This document shows positions 1 to 9,717 of a stretch of DNA of 64,000 nucleotides, in pieces. This stretch comes from an uncultured bacterium (lineage in GTDB: Bacteria > Patescibacteriota > Minisyncoccia > Moranbacterales > GWC2-37-73), in contig CAINNK010000045.1 of assembly GCA_903851135.1 (NCBI GenBank), positions 28,289 through 92,288 on the forward strand, read 5' to 3'. The notes beneath the pieces were generated by a model. It was given only the letters and a program-made list of their open reading frames with translations, made no database searches and was not told the origin of the DNA. Numbering within the stretch: the first letter of the stretch is position 1; each line of letters opens with the position of its first letter. Made by a program: the position numbers and the translations under genes.

Positions 1-133
1 TGTAAGTCAACTATATCAAGAATATAAATGGCTGTCTATTTGAAAAAAGAAATGAGACTCAAAACATATGACTTTGGATTTAAGGGTTTTCCCGCAGCGT
101 GCTTGAAACCTCAAAATGTGCTAAAATGGGGTA

Positions 134-1321
134 ATGGAAGAGAAAAAGGACAAAAAACTAAAAGTGGCCTTGCTGCACGATTTTTTGCTTTATCCGGGCG
201 GAGCAGAGCGGGTTTTGAAGGTGCTTTCCGAGATGTTTCCGGAGGCGCCGATTTACACGTTGCTGCATGATCAGGAAAAAATGGGCGAGATGTTTGCCGG
301 CAAGGACATCCGGCCTTCATATTTACAAAAATTCCCAAAGTTTTTGAAAAAACATTATCAATGGTTGATTTTGTTTTTTCCAGTGGTGCCGGAAACTTTT
401 GATTTGCGTGAATATGATTTGGTGATTTCTTCTTCCGGTGCTTGGATGAAAGGCATTGTGACGAAAATGAGCACCACGCACATTGCGTATCTGCACAGTC
501 CAATGCGTTTTGTTTGGGACTACAACGAAAGATATTTTCAAGAAAAAGGCAAAAGTCCATCATTGCTGAAAAGATTCGTGCTGAATTATCTGCGCATCTG
601 GGATCGAATGGCGGCTGACCGCCCAGATTTTTTGCTGGCCAATTCGGTTTACACTCAAAAAAGAATTGAAAAATATTATCGCCGGGATTCGGTTGTGATA
701 TATCCACCAATAGGAGAGGAAAAAGTTCACAGTTCACAGTCAATAGTTCACAGTCAAGATGCAATAGATGAAACTAACAAACTAAAAGCTAATGAAGCCA
801 AAAGCTATAAGCTAGGTGGGTATTTCCTTGTTGTTTCCCGTCTTTCTCCTTACAAAAAAGTTGACGTGGTGGTGGAAGCTTTCAACAAATTAGGGTTACC
901 CTTGGTCGTTATTGGGCAAGGTGAGCAAGAAAAACATCTCAAGAAAATTGCCAAGGAAAATGTTCAAATTTTGGGTTGGAAAGATGATGCCACAACCGAG
1001 CAATATTACAAAAATGCCAAAGCTTTTATTTTTCCAGCTGAAGATGATTTTGGCATGACGGCGGTGGAGGCGATGAATTTTGGCGTGCCAGTGATTGCTT
1101 TTCGCAAAGGCGGCGTTTTGGAAACGGTCCAGGAGGGAATTACCGGTGAATTTTTCGATGCGCAAACCCCGGAAGTCTTGGCCGACGGCGTGCGCAGATT
1201 TTTGGACAATGAGAAAAATTATGATAAAGAAGTGATTGGGAAAAGAGGAGGGCAATTTTCAAGGGAAAGGTTTGTTGATGATATGAGAAAATTTATTGAT
1301 GGTGTTGTGGAGAAAAAATAA
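134..1321 (+). CDS. Glycosyltransferase family 4 (GT-B fold, group 1)
   Basis: 395-aa ORF. The C-terminal region FPAEDDFGMTAVEAMNFGVPVIAFRKGGVLETV is typical of GT1/GT4 EX7E glycosyltransferases. Confidence 0.7.
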   Translation: MEEKKDKKLKVALLHDFLLYPGGAERVLKVLSEMFPEAPIYTLLHDQEKMGEMFAGKDIRPSYLQKFPKFLKKHYQWLILFFPVVPETFDLREYDLVISSSGAWMKGIVTKMSTTHIAYLHSPMRFVWDYNERYFQEKGKSPSLLKRFVLNYLRIWDRMAADRPDFLLANSVYTQKRIEKYYRRDSVVIYPPIGEEKVHSSQSIVHSQDAIDETNKLKANEAKSYKLGGYFLVVSRLSPYKKVDVVVEAFNKLGLPLVVIGQGEQEKHLKKIAKENVQILGWKDDATTEQYYKNAKAFIFPAEDDFGMTAVEAMNFGVPVIAFRKGGVLETVQEGITGEFFDAQTPEVLADGVRRFLDNEKNYDKEVIGKRGGQFSRERFVDDMRKFIDGVVEKK

Positions 1322-1340
1322 ATTATTTGATAAAATTTAA

Positions 1341-1516
1341 GGGTTAACTTTTCTTTTAGAAGAAAAGTTACAAAAGTCATCCAGAGGATGATCACCCTTT
1401 GGGTGAAAATCTCCCGACACGTGCTTGTTGCTGGGGCAAAGACTTCAATCTTCGCTAAAATTCCCGCTGCACTTTTTCTGCTGAAAAAGCTCGCTGAAAA
1501 TTTCTTAACGCTCATC
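1341..1516. repeat. Intergenic repeat family, copy 1 (hairpin block GGTTAACTTTTCTTTTAGAAGAAAAGTTACAAAAG plus ~64-bp block CGCTAAAATTCCCGCTGCACTTTTTCTGCTGAAAAAGCTCGCT...CGCTCATC)
   Basis: Both blocks recur nearly identically at 25254-25398. The region is non-coding; the overlapping ORFs on both strands look spurious. Confidence 0.6.
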
Positions 1517-1627
1517 ACTCGTCTTTTGCCTACGCACTGCGCAATGTGCGGAGAAAAAATGCAAAAATACAGAATTTCTTTTTCGTACATTTGTATATTT
1601 GTAATTCATTTGTAAATTTGTAGGTTT

Positions 1628-2530
1628 ATGGATTTTGTAGGTAACAAAAAAACAGTTTCATTTTTGCAGAAATCGCTTGAAAGAGGTGCACTTAATCATG
1701 CCTATATTTTTGCGGGACCGCAGGGGGTTGGGAAGACCACGTTGGCGAAAATGTTTGCGCAGGCGGCAATTGCCGGCAGGCAGCTTGATTTGGATGTTGC
1801 TTTTCAGGACAAAGAAGCACTGCTGGATTTGATTTTGATCGAGCCGGAAACGGTTGAGAAAAAAGGCGTGATCAAAACGCGGGACATTTCCATTGAAGCT
1901 GTCAGGGATGCTCAGCAAAAATTGAGTTTGTTTCCATATCATGGAAAATACAAAGTGCTGATTGTCAGAGATGCTCATCGATTGAACAACTCAGCGCAAA
2001 ATGCGCTGCTCAAATTGTTGGAAGAACCAAATCAGACTTCGATGTTGATTTTGGTCACCAGTGAATTGGACAAAATTTTGCCGACGGTGCAATCACGCTG
2101 CGAAAAAATAAGTTTTTCTTTGGTTACTCAAATTGAACTTTCTCTGGCTTTCAGCGGCGAGAAAAATTTTGCAACTGACATTCCCATCCTTGCGATGGGC
2201 AGGCCGGCTATTGCCAAGCTTATGTTGGAAAATGAAGAACAGTTGGAATTGCGCAGGCAGCAATGGCAACAATTGGAAAAACTCCGAAAAGGATCGCTTA
2301 ATGAAAAAATGCTCTTGGCGGAGGAATTTTCCAAAGATGTTCGTAAGGCACTAGACACTTTCAATGCTTGGATTTGGCTGTTGCGAACGGATGCGCTTTC
2401 AAATAGTGATGATGGTGTTCGAAACAAAACTTATGCAACAATCGAGAAAATTCAGCAAAGTATGACACTGCTAAAGAGCACTAATGCTAATAGTCGATTA
2501 CTGTTGGAAGTCTTGTTTATGGATATCTAA
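1628..2530 (+). CDS. holB: DNA polymerase III delta-prime subunit (AAA+ clamp-loader)
   Basis: Walker A GPQGVGKTT near the N-terminus and the NALLKLLEEP box characteristic of HolB/delta-prime. Size 300 aa. Confidence 0.7.
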   Translation: MDFVGNKKTVSFLQKSLERGALNHAYIFAGPQGVGKTTLAKMFAQAAIAGRQLDLDVAFQDKEALLDLILIEPETVEKKGVIKTRDISIEAVRDAQQKLSLFPYHGKYKVLIVRDAHRLNNSAQNALLKLLEEPNQTSMLILVTSELDKILPTVQSRCEKISFSLVTQIELSLAFSGEKNFATDIPILAMGRPAIAKLMLENEEQLELRRQQWQQLEKLRKGSLNEKMLLAEEFSKDVRKALDTFNAWIWLLRTDALSNSDDGVRNKTYATIEKIQQSMTLLKSTNANSRLLLEVLFMDI

Positions 2531-2682
2531 ATTTTCTACGAATTACGAACAAGTACGAATGTACGAAGAACCCACAAATCTACAAATCAATTACAAATCT
2601 ACAAATGTTAAATCAATGCTTTTTTTAGAGGTTAATATTTGTATATTTGTAGGTGGCATGAGAAATAAAACAAAAAAAATAT

Positions 2683-3597
2683 ATGTTAGCACGTAAAAAA
2701 ACATACATTCAAAATTGCACCGGCCCTCACCTTAGAAGAGGAGAAAGGGAAGCAAAAAGAAAAGTGAAAAGCGGGATTATTTCCAAAATCGTGTTTGGTT
2801 TTTTGTTGTTAGCTTTTATCGGCGTGACGGTTTATGTTTTGTTTTTTTCAACTTATTTGAAAATTTCCCAAATTAATATTAGTGGCAACGTAGAACTTAA
2901 CGCGGACGAAATCAAAAATGTCGTTGAAAGCAAGCAGCAAGGAAAATTATTCAAAACAATTCCTAAGGATAATTTTTTGTTGATTAGCGCAAAAGACATA
3001 GAAAATTCACTCGCTGGTCAGTTCAAGAAGATAAAGCAAGTCTCGGTAATGAAAAAATTTCCAGATACTATAAACGTGAGCTTGCAAGAAAGAACAGCTT
3101 TGTTAATTCTTTGTGAGGGAGAAAAATGTTTTTTGATTGATGAAGTTGGTAATGCATATAATGAAGCTGATTTTAGTTCTCCGGAACTTACGCAGAATCA
3201 TCTGATAAAAATTGTCGATAAAGGTTTAAGTCGCGTCAAAGTAGGGGATAATATTTTGGATCAACCCTATGTGCAATATGTATCTTCCTTAAAAGAGCAA
3301 CTTCAAAGTTTGGGACTATCAATTGAAGGTGAATATTGGACGCCAGCTTTGGCAGCTGATGAAATTAATGTAAAAGTGACAGGGGGCGAAGAGCTTTATT
3401 TTTCAACTTTATTTCCACTTAAAAGTGCAATTGAAACCTTGAATATTGTTTTGAAAAAGGAATTGTCAGGAAATCAACCGTCAGAAATTACCTACATTGA
3501 CCTGCGAACAGAGAATAAGGTTTTTTATAAGCTCAATGCTGCAGCTCCGCCAGTTGAAAATGTTGATAATCAAAACACAGATAAAAACAAGAAATAA
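2683..3597 (+). CDS. FtsQ/DivIB-like cell division protein (single N-terminal TM plus POTRA-like region)
   Basis: One TM helix (IVFGFLLLAFIGVTVYVLFF) followed by a soluble beta-rich domain. Sits after holB. True start may be an internal Met near 2760. Confidence 0.4.
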   Translation: MLARKKTYIQNCTGPHLRRGEREAKRKVKSGIISKIVFGFLLLAFIGVTVYVLFFSTYLKISQINISGNVELNADEIKNVVESKQQGKLFKTIPKDNFLLISAKDIENSLAGQFKKIKQVSVMKKFPDTINVSLQERTALLILCEGEKCFLIDEVGNAYNEADFSSPELTQNHLIKIVDKGLSRVKVGDNILDQPYVQYVSSLKEQLQSLGLSIEGEYWTPALAADEINVKVTGGEELYFSTLFPLKSAIETLNIVLKKELSGNQPSEITYIDLRTENKVFYKLNAAAPPVENVDNQNTDKNKK

Positions 3598-3661
3598 AAA
3601 TTATCATGTTTGATATGTTTGAAATTTTTTCGCTCACTAGGGATTACAAAAATAGCAAAAT

Positions 3662-3696
3662 AAAAAACCCTGCTTAATGTGAGCAGGGTTTTTATG
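3662..3696. terminator. Bidirectional rho-independent terminator (AACCCTGCT...GCAGGGTTTTTAT)
   Basis: Perfect GC-containing stem flanked by A-run and T-run, lying between the convergent genes 2683-3597 (+) and 3708-5609 (-). Confidence 0.6.
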
Positions 3697-3707
3697 AAGA
3701 AAGTTTT

Positions 3708-5609
3708 TTACTGCGCTATTGGACTAGTAATATGATAAATTAGGATTGATTTGCCAATTTGATCAACTGGTTTGTAATTTCTGGTCCAACTGTAAGTTTC
3801 ACTGGAGTCTCGTTTAGTGTCATAAATGCTGCCCATGAGATAATTTTCTGAAATAGCATACCAACCAGTTTCAATTGGGCGCTTGCTGTCAGACCAAGCG
3901 ACGTATTTGTTGCCTAAGACTAATTGCGGCACGCCACCCCCGAAATAGTCAACATGAATTTTTTCTATCACGCCGAAATCTCGATGCAAAATGCATTTTT
4001 TGATTGCGCTTTTTGAGCTTGTTAAGGTTGGGATGTCTCCAAATTGTGGACAATTATTGACGTCATCAATCCAAATTTTTAAGCGATTCAAATCTTGTCC
4101 CCAGTCAGTGTTGGAATCAGTCACGTATTGATAACCATTTTTTGAGCCCCCAATTGATTCATTGAAATAGGAGGTGTAGCTTGGATAGGCAAAAACGGCT
4201 GCACTGATTTGCCAAAAAATCAAAATAGCGACAATTATAGCCAAGCTGTGTCCGGATTTTATTTTTTTATCATGGATAAATTCAAAAACCTTTTTACTAA
4301 TCAAAAGATAAGCAAATGGCAAAATTGGAAACAAATGCCTGAAGCCGATGTTAAGTCCACCCTGAATACTGATGTATGCATAAAGGAAAATGAAGCCAAA
4401 CAAGGAATATTCCACGACAGAACTTCGTAGGAAATTGGTAATCTTCTTTTTCTTGGCAGAAAAGGCGGAAGCGATTATTTGTTTGAAGGTATAGCCAAGT
4501 GCAAAGACAGCTAGGAATAAAAACGGAATTGTTTCTTTGATCAGAAATACAATTGGAAAATAATTAAGAAAGCCATTACCAACCTTGCCCATGAAATAAG
4601 CACCATTGCCACCCACGACGCGTTTGACTGTCCAAGCTGGTCCAAAAGCGTAAGTTGCCCAAGGTCGGGTTAGGGCTGACTGGTTTAGACTGTGTAGCAA
4701 ATGATTAGTGACGGTGGCTTTTGCATTGCTGTCGTCGACTGCAAAGAAAAAATCAATGGTTTTGTCGAAAGTTTCTTTCGGCATAGCGTAGTTATTGACC
4801 TTATACACAATCCAAATCACCACAGCTGCTACCAGAAAAGCTGCAACGCCTTTTAATAAATATTGTCCCAGATTTTTGAAACGCGACTTCCAATCATTTT
4901 TTCCATCGCGATTGTTTTTAGCCAAACTATAGATGATTAAACTTAAGCCAAAAATTGGCAGCGCCAGGATGGAAGAAAATTTGCTGACTAGCAATAGCCC
5001 CAGGAAAAATCCACCCAAACCAACATTTTTCCAAGAAGGCGTTTTGATGAATTTCAAGAAATAATAAAAAGAAAAAGTTAGGAAAGCGGCTACGCCTAAA
5101 TCGGTGGTCACAAAATGATTGTGTCCCAAAATGTTTGGATCAAAAGCATACAAAATTAAAGCAAAAAGTCCGGCTGAAGTGCCCGCTAGTTCTTTGCCCC
5201 ATTTGAAAAGAAAGAGGCCAAGCAAAACTGAAAGCAAGATGATTGGTAGGCGTGACCAGAAAATTATCTGATCGGCATTGTTGCCAGCTTCATAAAGCAA
5301 ATGTTTGCCAGCAGCCCATTGACCTTCATCCCAAACACCGGGCAAGTCACCAGTCCAAAAAGGTTGCGTGGTGTCAAAGTTTAAATGGAGAAAAAGCAGG
5401 GGAAAGGCAGCCAAATCTTTAATAAGGGGTGGGTGTTCAGGGTTCAAGCGGGTGTCATGTTGGGAGAGATAACTGTAGCCGGCGGGAATGTGGGCAACTT
5501 CGTCAAAAATAGCACTGTCATTTTTGGCATTGAGCATTGAAACGATGATGAAAAATGCCATAATGCCCATAATAACAAACTCGTAGTTTTTGTTGATAAA
5601 TTTTTCCAT
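3708..5609 (-). CDS. Membrane glycosyltransferase, GT39/PMT_2 (ArnT-like) family
   Basis: Polytopic N-terminus carrying FDEVAHIPAGYSY...RLNPEHPPL, the DE-motif loop of lipid-carrier-dependent GT-C enzymes, followed by a soluble C-terminal domain. Confidence 0.6.
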   Translation of the reverse strand: MEKFINKNYEFVIMGIMAFFIIVSMLNAKNDSAIFDEVAHIPAGYSYLSQHDTRLNPEHPPLIKDLAAFPLLFLHLNFDTTQPFWTGDLPGVWDEGQWAAGKHLLYEAGNNADQIIFWSRLPIILLSVLLGLFLFKWGKELAGTSAGLFALILYAFDPNILGHNHFVTTDLGVAAFLTFSFYYFLKFIKTPSWKNVGLGGFFLGLLLVSKFSSILALPIFGLSLIIYSLAKNNRDGKNDWKSRFKNLGQYLLKGVAAFLVAAVVIWIVYKVNNYAMPKETFDKTIDFFFAVDDSNAKATVTNHLLHSLNQSALTRPWATYAFGPAWTVKRVVGGNGAYFMGKVGNGFLNYFPIVFLIKETIPFLFLAVFALGYTFKQIIASAFSAKKKKITNFLRSSVVEYSLFGFIFLYAYISIQGGLNIGFRHLFPILPFAYLLISKKVFEFIHDKKIKSGHSLAIIVAILIFWQISAAVFAYPSYTSYFNESIGGSKNGYQYVTDSNTDWGQDLNRLKIWIDDVNNCPQFGDIPTLTSSKSAIKKCILHRDFGVIEKIHVDYFGGGVPQLVLGNKYVAWSDSKRPIETGWYAISENYLMGSIYDTKRDSSETYSWTRNYKPVDQIGKSILIYHITSPIAQ

Positions 5610-5881
5610 TTACCCTGTTAAATAAGATTTGGTTCTTCTTGAAAAAGAGAAACAGCTTATTTGAAATAATTTTTATTTTTTTATTGCTTATGTCTTTAGT
5701 ATAAACCCAAACCTTAACTTTAAAAAATTATTACTTTTTTTAAAGTTATTTAATAGGGTAAGGTCTTTGTTTGTGAATTATTTTTATTTTATATTTATTA
5801 CAATTTGTTTTTTGTTTGCGTGCATCTTTCTTTTTTTATCTTAGTGAAAAAAGAAAAAAGCCTGTTTACCTTGGTTTGTTT

Positions 5882-7480
5882 TTAATACGCTAATGTGTAA
5901 AAAGTATCTCCAAATCTGTTAGTGTGCTGCTGGAAATTTATGTTTGGAAAACGATTGCGAGTTGCATTGATCGTTTCCCAATCCGCGTTAGTAAAGATAA
6001 TCACGGCCTTAGAATCAGGTCCAAAATTTATCGATTCTACTTGATCTGGATAAAAATAAGTAGTGTTTGGCAAGTTTTGATTTAGGAAGCCGATAGTTAG
6101 TCGTTGCATGCTGCCGGTGACGATGTTTTTCTGCGTTGCGCCGGGAAGCGTGCGGATATAGTTGGAAACTTCTTTGAGATTTCCTTCGAAGGCTCCGTGT
6201 TGGGCCGGACTGTTGGCAAAGAAAACAAAATATTTCACAGTGTCAAAAATTGCAATGAAGGTGAAAGCGGCAATAAGACCAGAAAGGACAAAAATTTTAA
6301 AGGAATGTCCGAAGGAATTTATTTTTTTGAAGATCCATAAAAACGGGAGCACGGCAATAATCATCACAACTGGCAAAGTCCCGATTGAGCGCAAGGCGTG
6401 GGGGTTTCCTTCATAAGCCAAAAACTCTGGAATCAGCAGCGCGAAAAACCAAATGAGCAAAAAAACATAAACATCTAGTTTTTGGTCGCGAACTTTGTTT
6501 TTAAAACGGATGTAAAGCAAGTGAAAAAACTTGCTGAAAATATAAATCAGTCCAATCAGAAAAGCTAAGCCAGTGATTGGATTGAGAATTGGATAGGGTG
6601 GATAATTTTGACGCATATTTTGATCGCCCCAAAAATTGTATTTGGCCAAAGATAGTCCAAAAGTTTTGGCCACAATTGGCAAAATGTGTCCTTGGTTGAC
6701 AGTTGGATTTAGGATGGAAATTTCACTGGTACGGGATGCGTAGTGCTGCGGGTTCCAATAGAAAAAATCCAGCAGCATCGGCGCCGAGGAAACAAACATG
6801 GCTACTGCAAAAATCAAAACATGCTGCCAATAATTTTTCAAAAACTTTTCTCTAGTAATTAAAAGGGAGATGAAGAGCACAATCAAAACCAAAGGCGAAA
6901 CCCGAAAGGCGATATAGGTATGCAATCCTAAGCCATAAATGAAACCGGCAAGAAGGAAGTCGTGCAGTTTTTTGGTGCGCAGACCGCGGAAAAGAAAATA
7001 AAAAGCGAAAGTCAAAATGAAAGGCAACATAATGGCGCGAAAACCGATACGGGAAAAATTAATCGCCCAATAAGAAAAAGTTGTCAGGTATGCTCCAATC
7101 AAACCTGCTAAATAGCTGCCGAAAAGTTCGCTGGAAAGCAAGAACACTCCCAGCACAGTCAAGGTTCCAAAGATGATGGATGGTAACTTAAGACCCAGGG
7201 TGGTGCTGCCAAGCATTTTGATTGACATAGCCTGAATGTTGATGAAAAGTCCTTCGCGACCGTTGTTGCTTTCATAAAAAAGTTTGTATTGACCGCTGGC
7301 GTTGGCATTTTGCGCATCGATTCCATTTTGCGCTTCATCCGGGAAGATGCTATAGGGGATGTTTTCAATGTTGGCAAATCTGAGCGTGAAAGCTGCCAAG
7401 AGAATTGCAAACAATAATCCGGCAACTAGGGTTCTGTCTTGATACCAAGGAGTTACTGCGCCTTTTTCTTCTTTTTTCAT
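5882..7480 (-). CDS. Membrane glycosyltransferase, GT39/ArnT-like family (paralog of 3708-5609)
   Basis: TM1 followed by the YSIFPDEAQNG DE-motif loop, then more than 10 TM helices. Confidence 0.6.
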   Translation of the reverse strand: MKKEEKGAVTPWYQDRTLVAGLLFAILLAAFTLRFANIENIPYSIFPDEAQNGIDAQNANASGQYKLFYESNNGREGLFINIQAMSIKMLGSTTLGLKLPSIIFGTLTVLGVFLLSSELFGSYLAGLIGAYLTTFSYWAINFSRIGFRAIMLPFILTFAFYFLFRGLRTKKLHDFLLAGFIYGLGLHTYIAFRVSPLVLIVLFISLLITREKFLKNYWQHVLIFAVAMFVSSAPMLLDFFYWNPQHYASRTSEISILNPTVNQGHILPIVAKTFGLSLAKYNFWGDQNMRQNYPPYPILNPITGLAFLIGLIYIFSKFFHLLYIRFKNKVRDQKLDVYVFLLIWFFALLIPEFLAYEGNPHALRSIGTLPVVMIIAVLPFLWIFKKINSFGHSFKIFVLSGLIAAFTFIAIFDTVKYFVFFANSPAQHGAFEGNLKEVSNYIRTLPGATQKNIVTGSMQRLTIGFLNQNLPNTTYFYPDQVESINFGPDSKAVIIFTNADWETINATRNRFPNINFQQHTNRFGDTFYTLAY

Positions 7481-7947
7481 TTTTATTTTTATTAAGATTA
7501 AGTTTTTTTAGATATTTTTAATATAGCATTTTTAAGAGTAGTTGGCTATATTATTTTACTTATCTTTATTGTTATACCCACAAATCTACAAAAACGAATA
7601 TTAGAATCTAGATTCTTGATTTTAGATCTTAGAATTTCGTATTTTTGTGTTTCTTGTCTGTAAATTGCGTGGGGGTACTAAGAATTAAAAAATTAATAGC
7701 ATTATCATTCCCGTAAAAATGGGAATCTGGTCCTACTTAATATCATTATTTATATTTTTTAACACGTAACCTGGATTCCCGCCTACGCGGGAATGACATA
7801 AAGGATATGGATAGTCTATTTTTGAATTATAAAATTAATTGTGGGCATACAATGACGGGGCAGCAGCTTCTTTTGATGGTAAAAAGCCTTAAATAAGCCG
7901 CATTCTAGCAATATAACAATATAACAATGTAGCAATTCTTTCCAAGA

Positions 7948-7976
7948 TTGACATTAGCCTATTTTTGTGCTACAAT
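7948..7976 (+). promoter_or_regulatory. Consensus sigma70 promoter: TTGACA -35 (7948-7953), 17-nt spacer, TACAAT -10 (7971-7976)
   Basis: Exact consensus hexamers with ideal spacing, ~110 nt upstream of the 8084 operon. An RBS (GAGGAGG) lies 6-12 nt before the ATG. Confidence 0.55.
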
Positions 7977-7983
7977 AGGATGT

Positions 7984-8002
7984 TACAGGATAGTCCTGTA
8001 AT
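7984..8002 (+). promoter_or_regulatory. Leader hairpin TTACAGGA-TAG-TCCTGTAA just downstream of the promoter
   Basis: Perfect 8-bp stem. A second hairpin (GGTCA-AATGAGA-TGACC) lies a few nt downstream. Confidence 0.3.
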
Positions 8003-8083
8003 GAGGTCAAATGAGATGACCCCGTGCAGGTACTTTGACAATTTTTTTATAACAACAAGCAATTCAAATGTGAGGAGGATATT

Positions 8084-8782
8084 ATGATTGGTCGTGCTAT
8101 AGGGGAAGTGCTCGGAGGTCTTAGTGGAGGAGCGGTGGTTGCTCTTTTGGGAAAGGCCTGGGGCTGGGCAGAGGGAATTTTCAAAACTTTAAATCTTGGG
8201 GATGATTTAAAGAGTAAAGTAACAGAGCATCTTTTTAACCCGAAAGGCTTTAAGGATGAGTTTTACTTTGCAAAATCTATTCAAGAAATTAGTGCGACAG
8301 TTCCGCAAAAGCAAATGTTTGCGGAGGTCATGGAAAAACTTGAGCAAGAGGACAAGTTAAATAAAACAAGGTATGCGAGCAATTTTCGCATAATTGTGAC
8401 CCTCAAAGACGAGGAACCTGTTCCTGTTGGCGGTGTTCGTCCAAGCGTGACTATTTTGCGGGACATTATGGTGAACTGCAAAAATCATGCAGAAATCCTG
8501 GCATGCATAGTTGCTGTTGGTTCTATGCAGGATACAAAAAAAATTATTGAGAAAGTTTTGACTTATGGTAAGGATGTTACCTGGCCAGCGGTTGAAAAAT
8601 TTCTCAAGGATGGCAAGGGGGCGATTACTGAAAATGCAAATGCTTTGGGGGATTATTTGATTGAGGATACTCGAATTTTTACAGAGGAACCCTCAGTTTG
8701 CCCTAATGCAAAAATATCAGAAAAGGTGGCCTCATCTGCCACCTCATGGCTTAAAAAATTCAGAAATTATACCGGAGTTTAA
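8084..8782 (+). CDS. Hypothetical protein (Gly-rich amphipathic N-terminus)
   Basis: 232-aa ORF with a strong RBS and no recognisable motif. Confidence 0.5.
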   Translation: MIGRAIGEVLGGLSGGAVVALLGKAWGWAEGIFKTLNLGDDLKSKVTEHLFNPKGFKDEFYFAKSIQEISATVPQKQMFAEVMEKLEQEDKLNKTRYASNFRIIVTLKDEEPVPVGGVRPSVTILRDIMVNCKNHAEILACIVAVGSMQDTKKIIEKVLTYGKDVTWPAVEKFLKDGKGAITENANALGDYLIEDTRIFTEEPSVCPNAKISEKVASSATSWLKKFRNYTGV

Positions 8783-8785
8783 AAA

Positions 8786-9577
8786 ATGGAAAAAATTGTT
8801 AATATTGGAAAGGGACAGTTTAAAGCTTGGTCCTTTGCTACAAAAAATGTTGTCTTCGCCACGATTATCGTGGCTGTTCTTATCCTTATTTTCAAACCAT
8901 CGATGGCAATTTGCGCCTGGATTTTGTTTCCAGCTTGGTTGCTTTCGGCAATGATGTTCTTTTCGCCGAAGCAAGTCTTTAAAGTTCATGTTTTCGGTGA
9001 AACGCTGGAAGGGTTGACCAGTCTTGGTCAAGGACTGGCCAAAAAAATCAACAAAGATGAACCTGATGGCGGCGAGCCGGCAACGAAAAAAAAGCCCACT
9101 GGCCCATTCAGTAATGCTACGACCGACGGATTTCTTTCACTGGTCAAGAATGTTTTCCTCTTTCAAACAGTGCTGTTCTTAGCACTTCCTCTGTACGTTA
9201 ATTATACAGAAGGCGGTTTGACACTGGGAATTTTTGTTCTTATGGTGGTTGTTGTTGTGGCCCTTGCTATGTGGAGGGTATTTGAATTTTTGTCGAAGAT
9301 TGGTATTGTTTTGTTGGTGCTACTTTATTCAGTCGGTATTTCTTCCGTGCTTTTCCCGCAAATTGGATTTTATTCTGGCAAGCTTTTTGGCGATACACAT
9401 CCAGTAGATCGTCGGGTTGCGAAAACAGAAAATGAAATTAAGGCGGTTAGTGAAGAAAACAAAACAGTCAGGCAGTTGGCTGCAAGAAATGCTGTCCTTG
9501 AAGAGTTAAAGACTAAAAAAATAACTCTTGAAGAACTTAAAAAACAATTAGAGGAGCAAGTAAAGTCGGGAAAATAA
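8786..9577 (+). CDS. Hypothetical polytopic membrane protein (~5 TM) with charged coiled-coil C-terminus
   Basis: Hydrophobic segments at residues ~20-40, 45-60, 120-140, 150-170 and 175-195. Starts 4 nt after the previous stop. Confidence 0.5.
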   Translation: MEKIVNIGKGQFKAWSFATKNVVFATIIVAVLILIFKPSMAICAWILFPAWLLSAMMFFSPKQVFKVHVFGETLEGLTSLGQGLAKKINKDEPDGGEPATKKKPTGPFSNATTDGFLSLVKNVFLFQTVLFLALPLYVNYTEGGLTLGIFVLMVVVVVALAMWRVFEFLSKIGIVLLVLLYSVGISSVLFPQIGFYSGKLFGDTHPVDRRVAKTENEIKAVSEENKTVRQLAARNAVLEELKTKKITLEELKKQLEEQVKSGK

Positions 9578-9588
9578 TCCCGCAAAAA

Positions 9589-9630
9589 TTAAAGGCATGT
9601 GAGATAATATTCTTGCATGCCTTTAAAAAT
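9589..9630 (+). terminator. Rho-independent terminator-like hairpin (AAAGGCATG...CATGCCTTTAAAAA)
   Basis: 9-bp stem. Probably a partial (leaky) terminator within the operon. Confidence 0.4.
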
Positions 9631-9717
9631 ATCCAAAAACCTTTTTATATGAATTGCTATTCTTGAAAATTGTTTTTTGTGCTATAATTTTTGTATAAAT
9701 AAAAATCAATTTTTACT

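Noticed and set aside
111-764. 217-aa minus-strand ORF overlapping the GT4 gene, and many similar antisense ORFs in the track (e.g. 896-1255, 1658-1978, 8281-8481, 10675-11154, 42102-42392)
   Set aside because: They overlap strongly supported genes on the opposite strand, have low-complexity or Cys/Ser-rich composition, and have no RBS context. Treated as spurious.
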